Source: a virus. From it: a stretch of DNA of 64,000 nucleotides. Location of the stretch: IMG/VR virus record IMGVR_UViG_3300036766_000416, positions 32,001 through 96,000 of that record; one strand, 5' to 3'. A model generated the notes under the pieces. The model had not been told where the DNA came from. It saw nothing but the letters and a program-made list of their open reading frames with translations, and made no database searches. The position numbers and the translations under genes are program-made. Each line of letters opens with the position of its first letter. Positions within the stretch are counted from its first letter, which is position 1. Below are positions 1 to 8,152 of the stretch, piece by piece.

Positions 1-61
1 TGTGGCAATTTGCGATGGTCAGTATCAACCAGTGAACCCTGTAACTGTGATGGACATCTGA
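1..61 (+). CDS. 3' end of an upstream ORF cut by the window edge (..VAICDGQYQPVNPVTVMDI*)
   Basis: Open frame from position 2 to TGA at 59-61, just before the AGGAG RBS of the next gene. Product unknown. Confidence 0.35.
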   Translation, partial: VAICDGQYQPVNPVTVMDI

Positions 62-73
62 TAGGAGAACGAT

Positions 74-220
74 ATGCCCCAGTACCTCGTCAAGAATATC
101 GAGACCCAAGTGGTCTCAGAGTTGCCCCTGATGTCATGGGAACAGTTTCAGAAATTCCTTAGTGACAATTCAAACTACGAGCAGGTACTCACAAGACCTG
201 CGTTCGTCAAGGTGAACTGA
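74..220 (+). CDS. 48-aa FmdB/zinc-ribbon-like protein without Cys; paralog of the next ORF
   Basis: AGGAG at 63-67 and ATG at 74. MPQYLVKNIETQVVSELPLMSWEQFQKFLSDNSNYEQVLTRPAFVKVN. Its TGA overlaps the next ATG (TGATG). Missing from the supplied ORF track. Confidence 0.7.
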   Translation: MPQYLVKNIETQVVSELPLMSWEQFQKFLSDNSNYEQVLTRPAFVKVN

Positions 221-480
221 TGCCACGCTACGACTTCAAAAACAAAGAGACCGGTGAGGTGTCTGAACACGCCATGACGATTTCTGGACTGGAGACCTTT
301 GTCAAGGAACACCCAGAGCTTGAACAAGTCTTTCTGTCCCTGAACGTAGGGGACCCTGTGTTGCTGGGTGTCAAGAAGGTGCCTAGCGATTTCACGAATT
401 ATATCATTTCTCCCATAGAAAAACATTATTTCAAGAAACGTCGAGAGACCCGTTTCGGAACTAGCAAGCAGCAAGTATGA
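220..480 (+). CDS. Small FmdB-like putative regulatory protein (MPxYxFKNxETGE), typically found before the exonuclease in T4-like phages
   Basis: MPRYDFKNKETGEV N-terminus. ATGA overlap with the exonuclease gene. Confidence 0.65.
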   Translation: MPRYDFKNKETGEVSEHAMTISGLETFVKEHPELEQVFLSLNVGDPVLLGVKKVPSDFTNYIISPIEKHYFKKRRETRFGTSKQQV

Positions 481-1166
481 TCTTCGAGCGAACCACAATA
501 CCCGGTCTCCAGTTTGAGCTTCCTGTGTTGACCCGTGCGGGAGCTAGGTACTATGTGACACCTGAGGGTGCCAAGTACCCGTCAGCTTCAACGGTCGCTG
601 GGCTCCTGACTCGTGATGGTATCAACGCCTGGAGGGCTCGTGTAGGCACCGAAGAGGCTGATCGAATCTCCAAGCGTGGTGCTGACCGTGGGACCAATGT
701 CCATGCAGTCTGTGAGAGGTACCTCGATGGTACTCTGACGACACTTCAGCGACTTGGTATCATGCCGACGATTAAAGAGATGTTCCTGTCACTGCAGCAC
801 AAATTTGACGCGAATATTTCGATGGTCTATGCGATTGAGCAACCTCTGTATTCTGACCGACTCAAGATTGCTGGACGCACCGACGCAGTGGTACGCTGGG
901 CTGGGGAGACGGTGATTCTTGACGTCAAGACCGCGAATCGCCACAAGCCCGATGAGTGGATACTGAACTACTTTGTGCAGACCTCCGCCTATGCGGAGAT
1001 GTTTGAAGAGCGCACAGGTATGCCCATTGATCGTATTGTGCTCTCAACGGCCATTGAGGGTGAGACCCACGCGGTGATCCACAACAAACCAAAAGCAGAG
1101 TATCTGCCTATTCTTCGTCGGTGTATCGACCAATACTACAAGGAAAACGGTTCACAGTTCGTCTAG
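477..1166 (+). CDS. PD-(D/E)XK (Cas4/RecB-like) exonuclease
   Basis: YPSASTV; RGTNVHAVCERYL; IEQPLYSDRLKIAGRTDAV; ILDVKTA; YFVQTSAYAEMFEE. Confidence 0.9.
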   Translation: MIFERTTIPGLQFELPVLTRAGARYYVTPEGAKYPSASTVAGLLTRDGINAWRARVGTEEADRISKRGADRGTNVHAVCERYLDGTLTTLQRLGIMPTIKEMFLSLQHKFDANISMVYAIEQPLYSDRLKIAGRTDAVVRWAGETVILDVKTANRHKPDEWILNYFVQTSAYAEMFEERTGMPIDRIVLSTAIEGETHAVIHNKPKAEYLPILRRCIDQYYKENGSQFV

Positions 1167-1177
1167 GAGGTCACTCC

Positions 1178-1720
1178 ATGCGACACGAAATCCTACATTT
1201 GGTTCGAGTGGTGTTCGCCCTTGTGTTGATCGTGTACCCTCTTGCCGAGGTCTCCACGTTCGATACAGCGGACTCTCCGTACCGTGAGAAGCCTCAAACG
1301 ACCCCATACACCCCCACTTCCCAGGATGAGTATTGCCTGACGCAGGCCATCTACTATGAAGCAGGTAACCAAACGGTCATGGGCAAGGAAGCGGTCGCCT
1401 GGGTTGTGGTGAATCGTGTGGGTCGCCGTGGGTACCCTAAGAGTGTCTGTGGGGTCATTGCTCAGTCTCGCAGGGTGGAAGAGGTCAAAGTCTGCCAGTT
1501 CTCGTTCTGGTGCGAGGCTCGCTACAAGCCCAATAGGGTGATCTGGAAAGAATCAAAAGAAATCGCTCACCGGGTCTTGCAAAATGTCGGGATTCATGCT
1601 ATAATAGATCAATATGGTGAAGCGACCTATTTCCATGCGGATTATGTCAGACCGAAGTGGCGCAAGTCCAAAGAGTTTTTGGGGAAGATTGACAACCATT
1701 TATTCTATAAGGAACCATGA
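1178..1720 (+). CDS. SleB/Hydrolase_2-family cell wall hydrolase with an N-terminal hydrophobic segment
   Basis: GGAGG at 1166-1170 favours ATG 1178 over 1121. CLTQAIYYEA; AVAWVVVNRV; YPKSVCGVIAQ; CQFSFWC; ATYFHADYVRPKW; IDNHLFY. Confidence 0.9.
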   Translation: MRHEILHLVRVVFALVLIVYPLAEVSTFDTADSPYREKPQTTPYTPTSQDEYCLTQAIYYEAGNQTVMGKEAVAWVVVNRVGRRGYPKSVCGVIAQSRRVEEVKVCQFSFWCEARYKPNRVIWKESKEIAHRVLQNVGIHAIIDQYGEATYFHADYVRPKWRKSKEFLGKIDNHLFYKEP

Positions 1721-1818
1721 TGAGAATTGAGAGTTGGCTGTTTGCAGTGTCACTGATGATTTTGGTGATCGTGTTCTCGTTGGCGATAGTGGGTCTAGTG
1801 AAATACTTTTTTGAGTGA
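1717..1818 (+). CDS. 33-aa single-pass membrane protein
   Basis: MMRIESWLFAVSLMILVIVFSLAIVGLVKYFFE. ATGA overlap with the hydrolase stop, AAGGA upstream. Not in the ORF track. Confidence 0.55.
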   Translation: MMRIESWLFAVSLMILVIVFSLAIVGLVKYFFE

Positions 1819-1828
1819 TGGAGATTCG

Positions 1829-1969
1829 ATGAGCACAAAGCAGCAGTGGTTATACTGGGGCCCAGTGGCGGTTATGTTGTCATTGATAGCGGTTGTGATG
1901 TTCCATTTGCAGTTGTGGGCGTTCGCGGTGTTGTATCGGTTGGCTTTATATTTTCATTATTTACCATAG
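1829..1969 (+). CDS. 46-aa membrane protein
   Basis: GGAG at 1820-1823. MSTKQQWLYWGPVAVMLSLIAVVMFHLQLWAFAVLYRLALYFHYLP. Fills the gap before dsbA. Not in the ORF track. Confidence 0.5.
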   Translation: MSTKQQWLYWGPVAVMLSLIAVVMFHLQLWAFAVLYRLALYFHYLP

Positions 1970-1977
1970 GGGGTATC

Positions 1978-2244
1978 ATGTCATTGACAGCAGTTGTAAG
2001 AAGTTTATCACAGGAAGAAAAGGATCGTTTGCTGAAGGCGATCAAGGAAATGTCGAACTCTCTGGCACGTGCCGAAGGTGAAGCCGAGTATGTTCGAGAG
2101 GCTACAAAGAAAATATCCGATGATGTGAAACTCGATAAGAAGTTGGTGACTAAATTGGTTCGAGCCCACCACAAACAAAATTTTGATGAGCTTGTGGCTA
2201 TTCAAGATCAATTCGAGGACCTCTATAAGGCGGTCGTAAAATAG
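1978..2244 (+). CDS. dsbA: T4 DsbA-like double-stranded DNA-binding protein
   Basis: 88 aa from ATG 1978 (MSLTAVV..; KEMSNSLARAEGE; LVRAHHKQNF). Conserved dsbA-33-59-32 order. Confidence 0.8.
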   Translation: MSLTAVVRSLSQEEKDRLLKAIKEMSNSLARAEGEAEYVREATKKISDDVKLDKKLVTKLVRAHHKQNFDELVAIQDQFEDLYKAVVK

Positions 2245-2831
2245 TGTTTACGATTTATCAGGTTACTAACACGCTCAACGGGCACTCATACATCGGATTT
2301 ACTTCTGGACCCGTAGAGGACCGATGGATGGCACATAAAGCTGCGGCACGTAAAGGCGCTCGATGGTCTCTTTCGCGTGCTATTCGGATGTATGGATCGG
2401 ATGTATTTTTGGTGGAAAAACTCGAAGAAGGTTGGGACCCTGAAATTGGTAAGAACATTCGAGAGCCATATTGGATTTCCGTCTTGAATCCAGAATATAA
2501 TATGACTCCAGGAGGTGAAGGGGTTAGGGCTGGAACGAAGCACACTGAGGAACAAAACAAGGAAAAGTCGTTGAGAATGAAGGGGAAGGGATTGGGGAAC
2601 AAGAATTGTATTGGAAAACAAAATTTCAAAGGTAAGAAGCACACGGAGCAGTGGAAAAAGGATAAATCTGCAATGATGATGGGTAGGCGACACACTTTAG
2701 GACGTAGATTTACAACAGAGCAGCTATTAGCACATTCGTTGTTACGCCTGGGGAAAAAACACAAGCCTCATAGAAAAGAAATCAAACCAAGAAAACCTTA
2801 TAAGAAAAGAAATAACAATGCCGACTCGTGA
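2244..2831 (+). CDS. Free-standing GIY-YIG homing endonuclease with NUMOD3-like repeats
   Basis: TIYQVTN..GHSYIGFTS..R; REPYWISVLNPEYNMTPGGEG; GTKHTEE and GKKHTEQ repeats. A-rich sequence. GTG start overlaps the dsbA stop. Confidence 0.9.
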   Translation: MFTIYQVTNTLNGHSYIGFTSGPVEDRWMAHKAAARKGARWSLSRAIRMYGSDVFLVEKLEEGWDPEIGKNIREPYWISVLNPEYNMTPGGEGVRAGTKHTEEQNKEKSLRMKGKGLGNKNCIGKQNFKGKKHTEQWKKDKSAMMMGRRHTLGRRFTTEQLLAHSLLRLGKKHKPHRKEIKPRKPYKKRNNNADS

Positions 2832-3051
2832 GGAAATTCAGAATTTTTCCCTTATGCTTCGTGAGATGGCCGCGCACCAACACATGAGTCTTTGGGATAC
2901 TTTGCTCCATTACTGTGAAAAGACGGGCATGGAGTCTGAGGTCGCTGCTTCGTTGCTCACCAGGGCTGTTCGTGCTGACCTGACGATTGAGATTCAGGAC
3001 CTCAATTTGCTCAAGCGGCGCGGGAAGAAAGATGGCCGACTGCCTCTATGA
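2818..3051 (+). CDS. 33: Late-promoter transcription co-activator gp33
   Basis: DTLLHYCEKTGMESEVAASLL..LTIEIQDLNLLK..RLPL. Synteny. Confidence 0.85.
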   Translation: MPTREEIQNFSLMLREMAAHQHMSLWDTLLHYCEKTGMESEVAASLLTRAVRADLTIEIQDLNLLKRRGKKDGRLPL

Positions 3052-3659
3052 GTGCGACGGGTTTCGAAGCCTTCAAGTTGTATCAATCTCTTCACCTCCA
3101 TTTCACAGACCCTAGGTACGATTTCTTTCGTTACAAGGGGTCTGTGAAACATTGTACCCCCGAAAAGTTTGAGATCCGCCGGGACAAGTTTTTCTTCCAT
3201 CGGTTAGCCAAAAGGTATCCGAACACCGAGGACCTTGTGTTCTTCCTGGCGGCCAACTTCTTCTCACAGAAGGTTGATTGGGTGCGCGATGTCACCTCTG
3301 ATGAGTCCGAGGACGTCTACATGCGCTGTCTGCGTATAAAAGAGTCCCTGGAGTATGTGGTGAACGGTGACCTCAGAGAGCAGGGGTATACCATAGATAC
3401 CCTCCAAGCAGCCATCAGGGTGACCAATGGACAGTACCCACCTTTGTTGACCAAGGCTCTGGAGCATGACATACACGAAGAGACCGTGATCGTGCTGAAT
3501 ACCCTGATAGAATTTCTGCCGTCCTGGGGTAAGCTGGTCACTGATACCATCCTATTTCCACCAATCAAACTTCGCTATGAACGCTATGCGCCGTTTTTAG
3601 AAATAAACCTGAACAAGTTCAGAGGATCACTACGAACACAATTGATGCAGAATAAATAA
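3048..3659 (+). CDS. 59: Helicase loader gp59
   Basis: GFEAFKLYQSLHLHFT..YDFFRYKG; RRDKFFFHRLAK; ETVIVLN; YAPFL. Confidence 0.92.
   Translation: MSATGFEAFKLYQSLHLHFTDPRYDFFRYKGSVKHCTPEKFEIRRDKFFFHRLAKRYPNTEDLVFFLAANFFSQKVDWVRDVTSDESEDVYMRCLRIKESLEYVVNGDLREQGYTIDTLQAAIRVTNGQYPPLLTKALEHDIHEETVIVLNTLIEFLPSWGKLVTDTILFPPIKLRYERYAPFLEINLNKFRGSLRTQLMQNK
3651..3658 (+). promoter_or_regulatory. Variant T4 late promoter (AATAAATA), 5 nt before the HNH ATG
   Basis: One mismatch to TATAAATA. Same spacing to ATG as other late promoters in the window. Confidence 0.45.
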
Positions 3660-3663
3660 ATTT

Positions 3664-4221
3664 ATGGCATATAATTATTCCTACGAACACCACATCATTC
3701 CTCTCCATGAGTGGAAGCGACGAATCAATCCAAAAGCCACCAGGCGTGATAAGGATTTTAATGCCCCCAATAATATTGTGTGGCTAACCTCGGAGCAGCA
3801 TATTCAGGTTCACCAGTTACTTTGGGAATTAAATAATTCGAAGTTCGACTTAATGGCGGCGCGCCTGATGTCTAAGCAAATTACAGACGAAGAGTCTTTT
3901 ATGGAACTCTGCCGAATTGGTGGTGTAATGAGTGGTTTGGCAAATAGAGGAAAGAAATATGCCGCGTGGACAAGAGAACGCCGCCATAGTCAGTCCGAAC
4001 GTATGGTTGGTAATCAGAACACTCTGGGTTATAAACACACAGAGGAATGGAAACAGGAGAAGTCTGCCAGCACGGTGGGTAACCAATATGCTAAAGGTAG
4101 CAAGCGAACTTTAGAACAAAGCATGGCACGAAAAGTCGCCAGACCTAGAAAGGAGCGAGAACCTCACATTTACAAACGTGGCCCTTACAAAAAGAAAAAT
4201 CTTGACAAGCTAACTAAATAG
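3664..4221 (+). CDS. Free-standing HNH homing endonuclease with NUMOD3-like repeats
   Basis: EHHIIPLHEW..NNIVWLTSEQHIQVHQLL; GYKHTEEWKQ. Inserted between 59 and 32. Confidence 0.85.
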   Translation: MAYNYSYEHHIIPLHEWKRRINPKATRRDKDFNAPNNIVWLTSEQHIQVHQLLWELNNSKFDLMAARLMSKQITDEESFMELCRIGGVMSGLANRGKKYAAWTRERRHSQSERMVGNQNTLGYKHTEEWKQEKSASTVGNQYAKGSKRTLEQSMARKVARPRKEREPHIYKRGPYKKKNLDKLTK

Positions 4222-4230
4222 TGTTATACT
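4202..4230 (+). promoter_or_regulatory. Near-consensus sigma70 promoter for gene 32 with a late-promoter-like ACTAAATA in its spacer
   Basis: TTGACA (4202-4207), 17-nt spacer, TATACT (4225-4230). ACTAAATA at 4213-4220. Confidence 0.85.
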
Positions 4231-4286
4231 TGCATCCACATACGGGTTTTCAATAACCATATACTATCACCAATAGGAGGTTTCTT

Positions 4287-5198
4287 ATGTCTACGCCAAC
4301 ATCGTTTTCGGCATTAAAAAGGTCTAGGGGTAGTGTTGAAAAACTTACCCAGGCCATCCAGAGTCTCAATACAAAAAACGACAAGAAAGAGGACGAACGG
4401 TTTTGGGAACCTACAGTCGATAAGGCTGGTAACGGTATCGCCGTTCTTCGGTTCCTTCCAGCACCACAGCAAGACGGTGAGGATGGGTTGCCATGGGTTC
4501 GGACCTTCTCACATGGATTCAAGGGTCCAGGTGGATGGTTGATCGACTTGTGCTTGACCACAGTAGACCAGAAGTGCCCTGTCTGTGAACACAACACCGC
4601 ACTCTGGAATTCTGGAGTTGAGGCGAACAAGACCATTGCGAGAGACCGAAAACGCAAGCTGTCGTATTTTGCGAACATCTTGGTGGTGTCTGATCCAGCC
4701 AAGCCAGAGTTTGATGGTAAGGTGAAGTTGTTCAGATTTGGCAGCAAGATTTTCGACAAGATTTCCGAAAAGATGCATCCAGAATTTGCCGATGAAAAGG
4801 CATTCAGCCCATTCGATTTGTGGGATGGTGCGAACTTCAAGCTCAAGATTCGCCAGGTCGAGGGGTACCGCAACTACGACAAGAGCGAGTTCACCACACA
4901 GGCCCCAGTCTCTACAGACGACGCCGTGCTCGAAAAGCTTTGGCAACAGGAGTTCTCACTGAGGGAGTTTGTATCCCCTAAGCACTTCAAGACCTATGAG
5001 CAGATTGCTGCTCGTATGACCCTGGTGCTTGGGAGTGTCACGGTCAACACCTCAGCGGAAAAGTCTGTGTCAGCAGCTCTCACGGATGACACCGATATGG
5101 GAGTGGTCTCACCTGTCAGTCACCCGGGGTTGCCAACTTCCGCACCGCCGGATGAGGACGATATGAGTTTTTTCCAGAACTTGGCGGAGTCTGAGTAA
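4287..5198 (+). CDS. 32: Single-stranded DNA-binding protein gp32
   Basis: DERFWEPTVDKAGNGIAVLRFLPAP; CLTTVDQKCPVCE; FDLWDGANFKLKIRQVEGYRNYDKSEF; acidic tail DEDDMSFFQNLAE. AGGAGG RBS. Confidence 0.97.
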   Translation: MSTPTSFSALKRSRGSVEKLTQAIQSLNTKNDKKEDERFWEPTVDKAGNGIAVLRFLPAPQQDGEDGLPWVRTFSHGFKGPGGWLIDLCLTTVDQKCPVCEHNTALWNSGVEANKTIARDRKRKLSYFANILVVSDPAKPEFDGKVKLFRFGSKIFDKISEKMHPEFADEKAFSPFDLWDGANFKLKIRQVEGYRNYDKSEFTTQAPVSTDDAVLEKLWQQEFSLREFVSPKHFKTYEQIAARMTLVLGSVTVNTSAEKSVSAALTDDTDMGVVSPVSHPGLPTSAPPDEDDMSFFQNLAESE

Positions 5199-5227
5199 CC
5201 GAATCGGGGTAATCATAGAGACATAGG

Positions 5228-5259
5228 ATGCCACCGGGTCTCATGATCTGGTGGCATTT
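5228..5259. terminator. Intrinsic terminator, probably bidirectional, between convergent gene 32 and the minus-strand gene
   Basis: ATGCCACCGGGTC-TCAT-GATCTGGTGGCAT forms a 13-bp stem (2 G:U pairs) followed by TTT. Confidence 0.75.
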
Positions 5260-5349
5260 GTGGGTCTAAATGAACCCCGTGAGGGGCCAGAAAGGGCTCA
5301 GGAGGGCACTTGAGGTAGGTACCTATGGCAAGCTATAGATATCAATGGG

Positions 5350-7257
5350 TTACGCAGGAGCAAAGCCCCTGTCCAGAGACCGCAAATAGCTCGATTCGCC
5401 GCTCCTGGCTGGGGGCATATTTTGATGTGTGGTAGTAGAGTTTGTGGTCTGGTTTTTCACATTATTGATGATTGTTGGTGCCACGATACCCTGTGTCGCG
5501 GGTGTCATAGCTGCATTTCTTTGAAGATCATTCGCTTGCGTGAGGGTTTGTCCTGTCTGTGGAGTCGCCGCCGGAAGTTCGGTGGGTGACGATGACATGA
5601 GGGTTTGAGGTACACTGCTATTCTCATAGGAATTTTCACCACCCATAGATGCAGGTGTTACAGACGAACCAGTTTGGCCTACGATAGCATCCAACCTCGC
5701 TGCGTCATCCCCAACAGCAGTCGGTGATTCGGACTTTGTTTTAGCTTCACCCATGAGCCAATCAGAGACAGACTCTTTGGCCATGGTCATCAGGCTGGGC
5801 AACCTTTCGGCGATCAGAGGATCGGTGAATGGATCAGCGTTGTAGATTTCCATATACGCATCACGTACCAGTGAGGCCACCAGTGACGGGATAGCCGCGC
5901 CAGGAATTGGAAGTGCTCCAGCGGCGTCGATGCCCGCACCCACCAGATCACCTTGAAGTAAGCGTGATGCAGCGAACGCAAGACCTACTGCGGACCCCAC
6001 TACAGGGATCAAAGTTGCAGCTTTCGACCCCAGAATCTTCGGAGCGATTCTTCCGAGGACCCCGGCAATTTTACTCTTGGGGGCAATCTTAGCCACCCCC
6101 TCAACGGCGACACCCACACCTTTGGTGATCTTGGAGGCGCTGCTGAGTTCTTTTGCTGCAATTTTTCCGGCAGCTTTTTCTCCGGCTTCTCCAACAACCT
6201 TCGCACCAGTTCCCAGGATTTTACCTGCGAGATCCTTGACACCACCTATAATGGCTTTTCCACCTTTGAGAATGGCTGAGCCTCCTTTGGTGACCGCACC
6301 TATTGCACCCTTACCTAAGGATTTCAAGGCACCGGTGATGGAGGGAAGAAGTCTGGTCAATGCTCCACCGAGAAGTGATAGTGGATTGAGGAGTTTACCC
6401 AGTGAAGCTGCGAATTCTAAAGCTGCGGCACCAAGTATCTTGAACCACCCCATGAGCGTTTCGAGCCAGGAGGGACCTTCTTTTTTCTCCTCGCCTTTGA
6501 TAATTTGTTTGGGTGTAACCTTTTTGAATTTTGCGCTTTCAGCAGCTTCTTTGTCCCTGATGCGTTCTGCTTCTGCCTTGGCTAATCCAACTCCCTGCTC
6601 CTCAAATTTTTCTATGTTATGGAGCGACAACACCATTTTTTCTAATAGATTGAGAACCTTTGTTGAAGAGACTGGCGAGGCACCACCTTCCGTGCCCTCG
6701 TTTGCTGGGCTTGGGCTTCCGGCTGCCCCTGCAGCACCATCCAGACCTGGAGGAAGGACACCTTGTAAACCCGCTGCACTGCGTATTGATTGCTCAGAGC
6801 GACCCATGATGCGGCCAGCCAAGACAGTAGCGAGCTTTGAGCCACCGGTGAGTCTGTGAACGATGTTGAGAGGATCGAACCGTTTCTTGATTGATGTTTT
6901 GATTTTTCGAGTTTTGAATCCTGCAGCAGCGCCAATTGCACCCTTGACGGAACCTCCACCCGCGAGGTGTTCGGCTGCTACATCAGCCATTGTGTTTTCA
7001 CGTTGCTGACTTTCGACTATTCGGCTTCTAATATTTCTGAGGGCTGCAAGGATTTCTTTTTTTGTTTCTTTTCCAAGTTCTACTTTAGGAGGTTTGGGAT
7101 CTTTAGGAGCGCGAGGGGTTGGACGGTGCTCGTGTTTGATGTTCGCCTTGGCCACTTCTTCCACGGGCTTTGTTTGCGAGGCAATTTTCTCAAGGCTCTC
7201 GCGCATGTCAGCAAACTGATCTTTCATATCTTTGAATGGGTCTTTTTCTTCAGCCAT
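5350..7257 (-). CDS. Probable tape-measure / baseplate hub (gp29-like) protein, 635 aa
   Basis: Ala/Gly/Lys-rich amphipathic stretches, two hydrophobic segments and a low-complexity S/T/N C-terminus (PTIINNVKNQTTNSTT). Late promoter directly upstream. Located next to gp4 and gp48. Family is inferred. Confidence 0.55.
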   Translation of the reverse strand: MAEEKDPFKDMKDQFADMRESLEKIASQTKPVEEVAKANIKHEHRPTPRAPKDPKPPKVELGKETKKEILAALRNIRSRIVESQQRENTMADVAAEHLAGGGSVKGAIGAAAGFKTRKIKTSIKKRFDPLNIVHRLTGGSKLATVLAGRIMGRSEQSIRSAAGLQGVLPPGLDGAAGAAGSPSPANEGTEGGASPVSSTKVLNLLEKMVLSLHNIEKFEEQGVGLAKAEAERIRDKEAAESAKFKKVTPKQIIKGEEKKEGPSWLETLMGWFKILGAAALEFAASLGKLLNPLSLLGGALTRLLPSITGALKSLGKGAIGAVTKGGSAILKGGKAIIGGVKDLAGKILGTGAKVVGEAGEKAAGKIAAKELSSASKITKGVGVAVEGVAKIAPKSKIAGVLGRIAPKILGSKAATLIPVVGSAVGLAFAASRLLQGDLVGAGIDAAGALPIPGAAIPSLVASLVRDAYMEIYNADPFTDPLIAERLPSLMTMAKESVSDWLMGEAKTKSESPTAVGDDAARLDAIVGQTGSSVTPASMGGENSYENSSVPQTLMSSSPTELPAATPQTGQTLTQANDLQRNAAMTPATQGIVAPTIINNVKNQTTNSTTTHQNMPPARSGESSYLRSLDRGFAPA

Positions 7258-7262
7258 GGTAG

Positions 7263-7270
7263 TATTTATA
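7263..7270 (-). promoter_or_regulatory. T4 late promoter TATAAATA, 5 nt before the ATG at 7257
   Basis: TATTTATA on the + strand at 7263-7270. Confidence 0.85.
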
Positions 7271-8152
7271 TCACAGAAACGGAAGGTCTCTTTCGGTGAG
7301 CACTAGGAATTCCCAACCCTGGTCTTTGGCGAATATTGTGGCCGCGGCAAACTTTGCTTGATTGGTGGCTACAATTGCAGCCTCTTGTAGCAGTTTTTGC
7401 GACCTTCGTTTTGATTGACGTAGCACCGTATCATTAAAAGGTTTTATTTCGATGATAAAGACCTTGATACCTGTCTTTGTTTGAACCTTGGTTAGAAAAT
7501 CTGGATAGTATGTTCGTTGTTTCTGTTTGACGGGGTCAAAGTAAGGTATTTTTAATTCTTCGCTAGACCAAGAGATCGTGGCCGGAGATTCGTCGATCCA
7601 ATACATCACCCTTTTCTCCCACATAGAACGATACACGATTGTCTTGATATTCCCAACGTATTTTGTTGGGTTACGTGGGGTAAAAAACCCTTTGTAGGTC
7701 ATTCTTCCGTTATTCATTCTAAACGCTCCTCTTGTTGCCATAGATAGGGCAATTTTCTTGTATCGAGCATCGTAAAATTGCTGTAAAATCTCAGGAGACG
7801 ATTCTTTATGCCAACGATGGATGCTATTACGGGCAAGTTCTTGTCTTTGTTCTAGGGTCAATCTATTAGTATTCTTCTTTATTAGTTGTTCTTTTGACAT
7901 CAGACTATTTTGTAACCTTATAGTTTGTCCTATCTTTGTTCTTATATTAGCCCCCTCTACTGTCTCTTCCCTCTCTTTCCACAGTCGTTCCATGTTACCT
8001 CGAACCTTTTCTACAAATTGGGAATGCCGTATGGGGTCATTTTTGAGTTTGAGTCTATACAGCTTGGCCGCACAGGACCTAGAGCAACATGGTTGTTTGG
8101 TGGTAGGGATGTGGCAGAATTGGCACTGACCGAGGGTATAAATATCCGACAT
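7271..8152 (-). CDS. 4: Head completion nuclease gp4 (TnsA-like PD-(D/E)XK) with an in-frame N-terminal Zn-finger/basic extension of about 145 aa
   Basis: gp4 core MTYKGFFTPRNPTKYVG..VYRSMWE..WSSEELKIPY..YYPDF..IEIKP..NQAKF..GWEFLVLTE. Long start ATG 8152 with GGAGG 7 nt upstream. Internal start ATG 7717 with GAGGAG 8 nt upstream. Confidence 0.88.
   Translation of the reverse strand: MSDIYTLGQCQFCHIPTTKQPCCSRSCAAKLYRLKLKNDPIRHSQFVEKVRGNMERLWKEREETVEGANIRTKIGQTIRLQNSLMSKEQLIKKNTNRLTLEQRQELARNSIHRWHKESSPEILQQFYDARYKKIALSMATRGAFRMNNGRMTYKGFFTPRNPTKYVGNIKTIVYRSMWEKRVMYWIDESPATISWSSEELKIPYFDPVKQKQRTYYPDFLTKVQTKTGIKVFIIEIKPFNDTVLRQSKRRSQKLLQEAAIVATNQAKFAAATIFAKDQGWEFLVLTERDLPFL
8137..8144 (+). promoter_or_regulatory. 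Perfect late promoter TATAAATA lying antisense within the 5' end of the gp4 fusion
   Basis: Exact consensus. Function not established. Confidence 0.45.

Noticed and set aside
477-1166. Cas4-like nuclease as part of a CRISPR or anti-CRISPR system
   Set aside because: A solo PD-(D/E)XK exonuclease at this position is routine in T4-like phages. There is no array or cas neighbour, and the four-Cys Fe-S motif is absent.
4250-4873. 207-aa minus-strand ORF
   Set aside because: Antisense to the highly conserved gp32, with no recognisable domain.
5325-5435. 36-aa plus-strand ORF (MASYRYQW..) after a GAGGT motif
   Set aside because: Lies downstream of the terminator, has no promoter, and overlaps the 3' end of the minus-strand gene in antisense.
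6077-6859. 260-aa plus-strand ORF
   Set aside because: Antisense shadow of the Ala/Gly-rich 635-aa gene, with no RBS or promoter and no motif.
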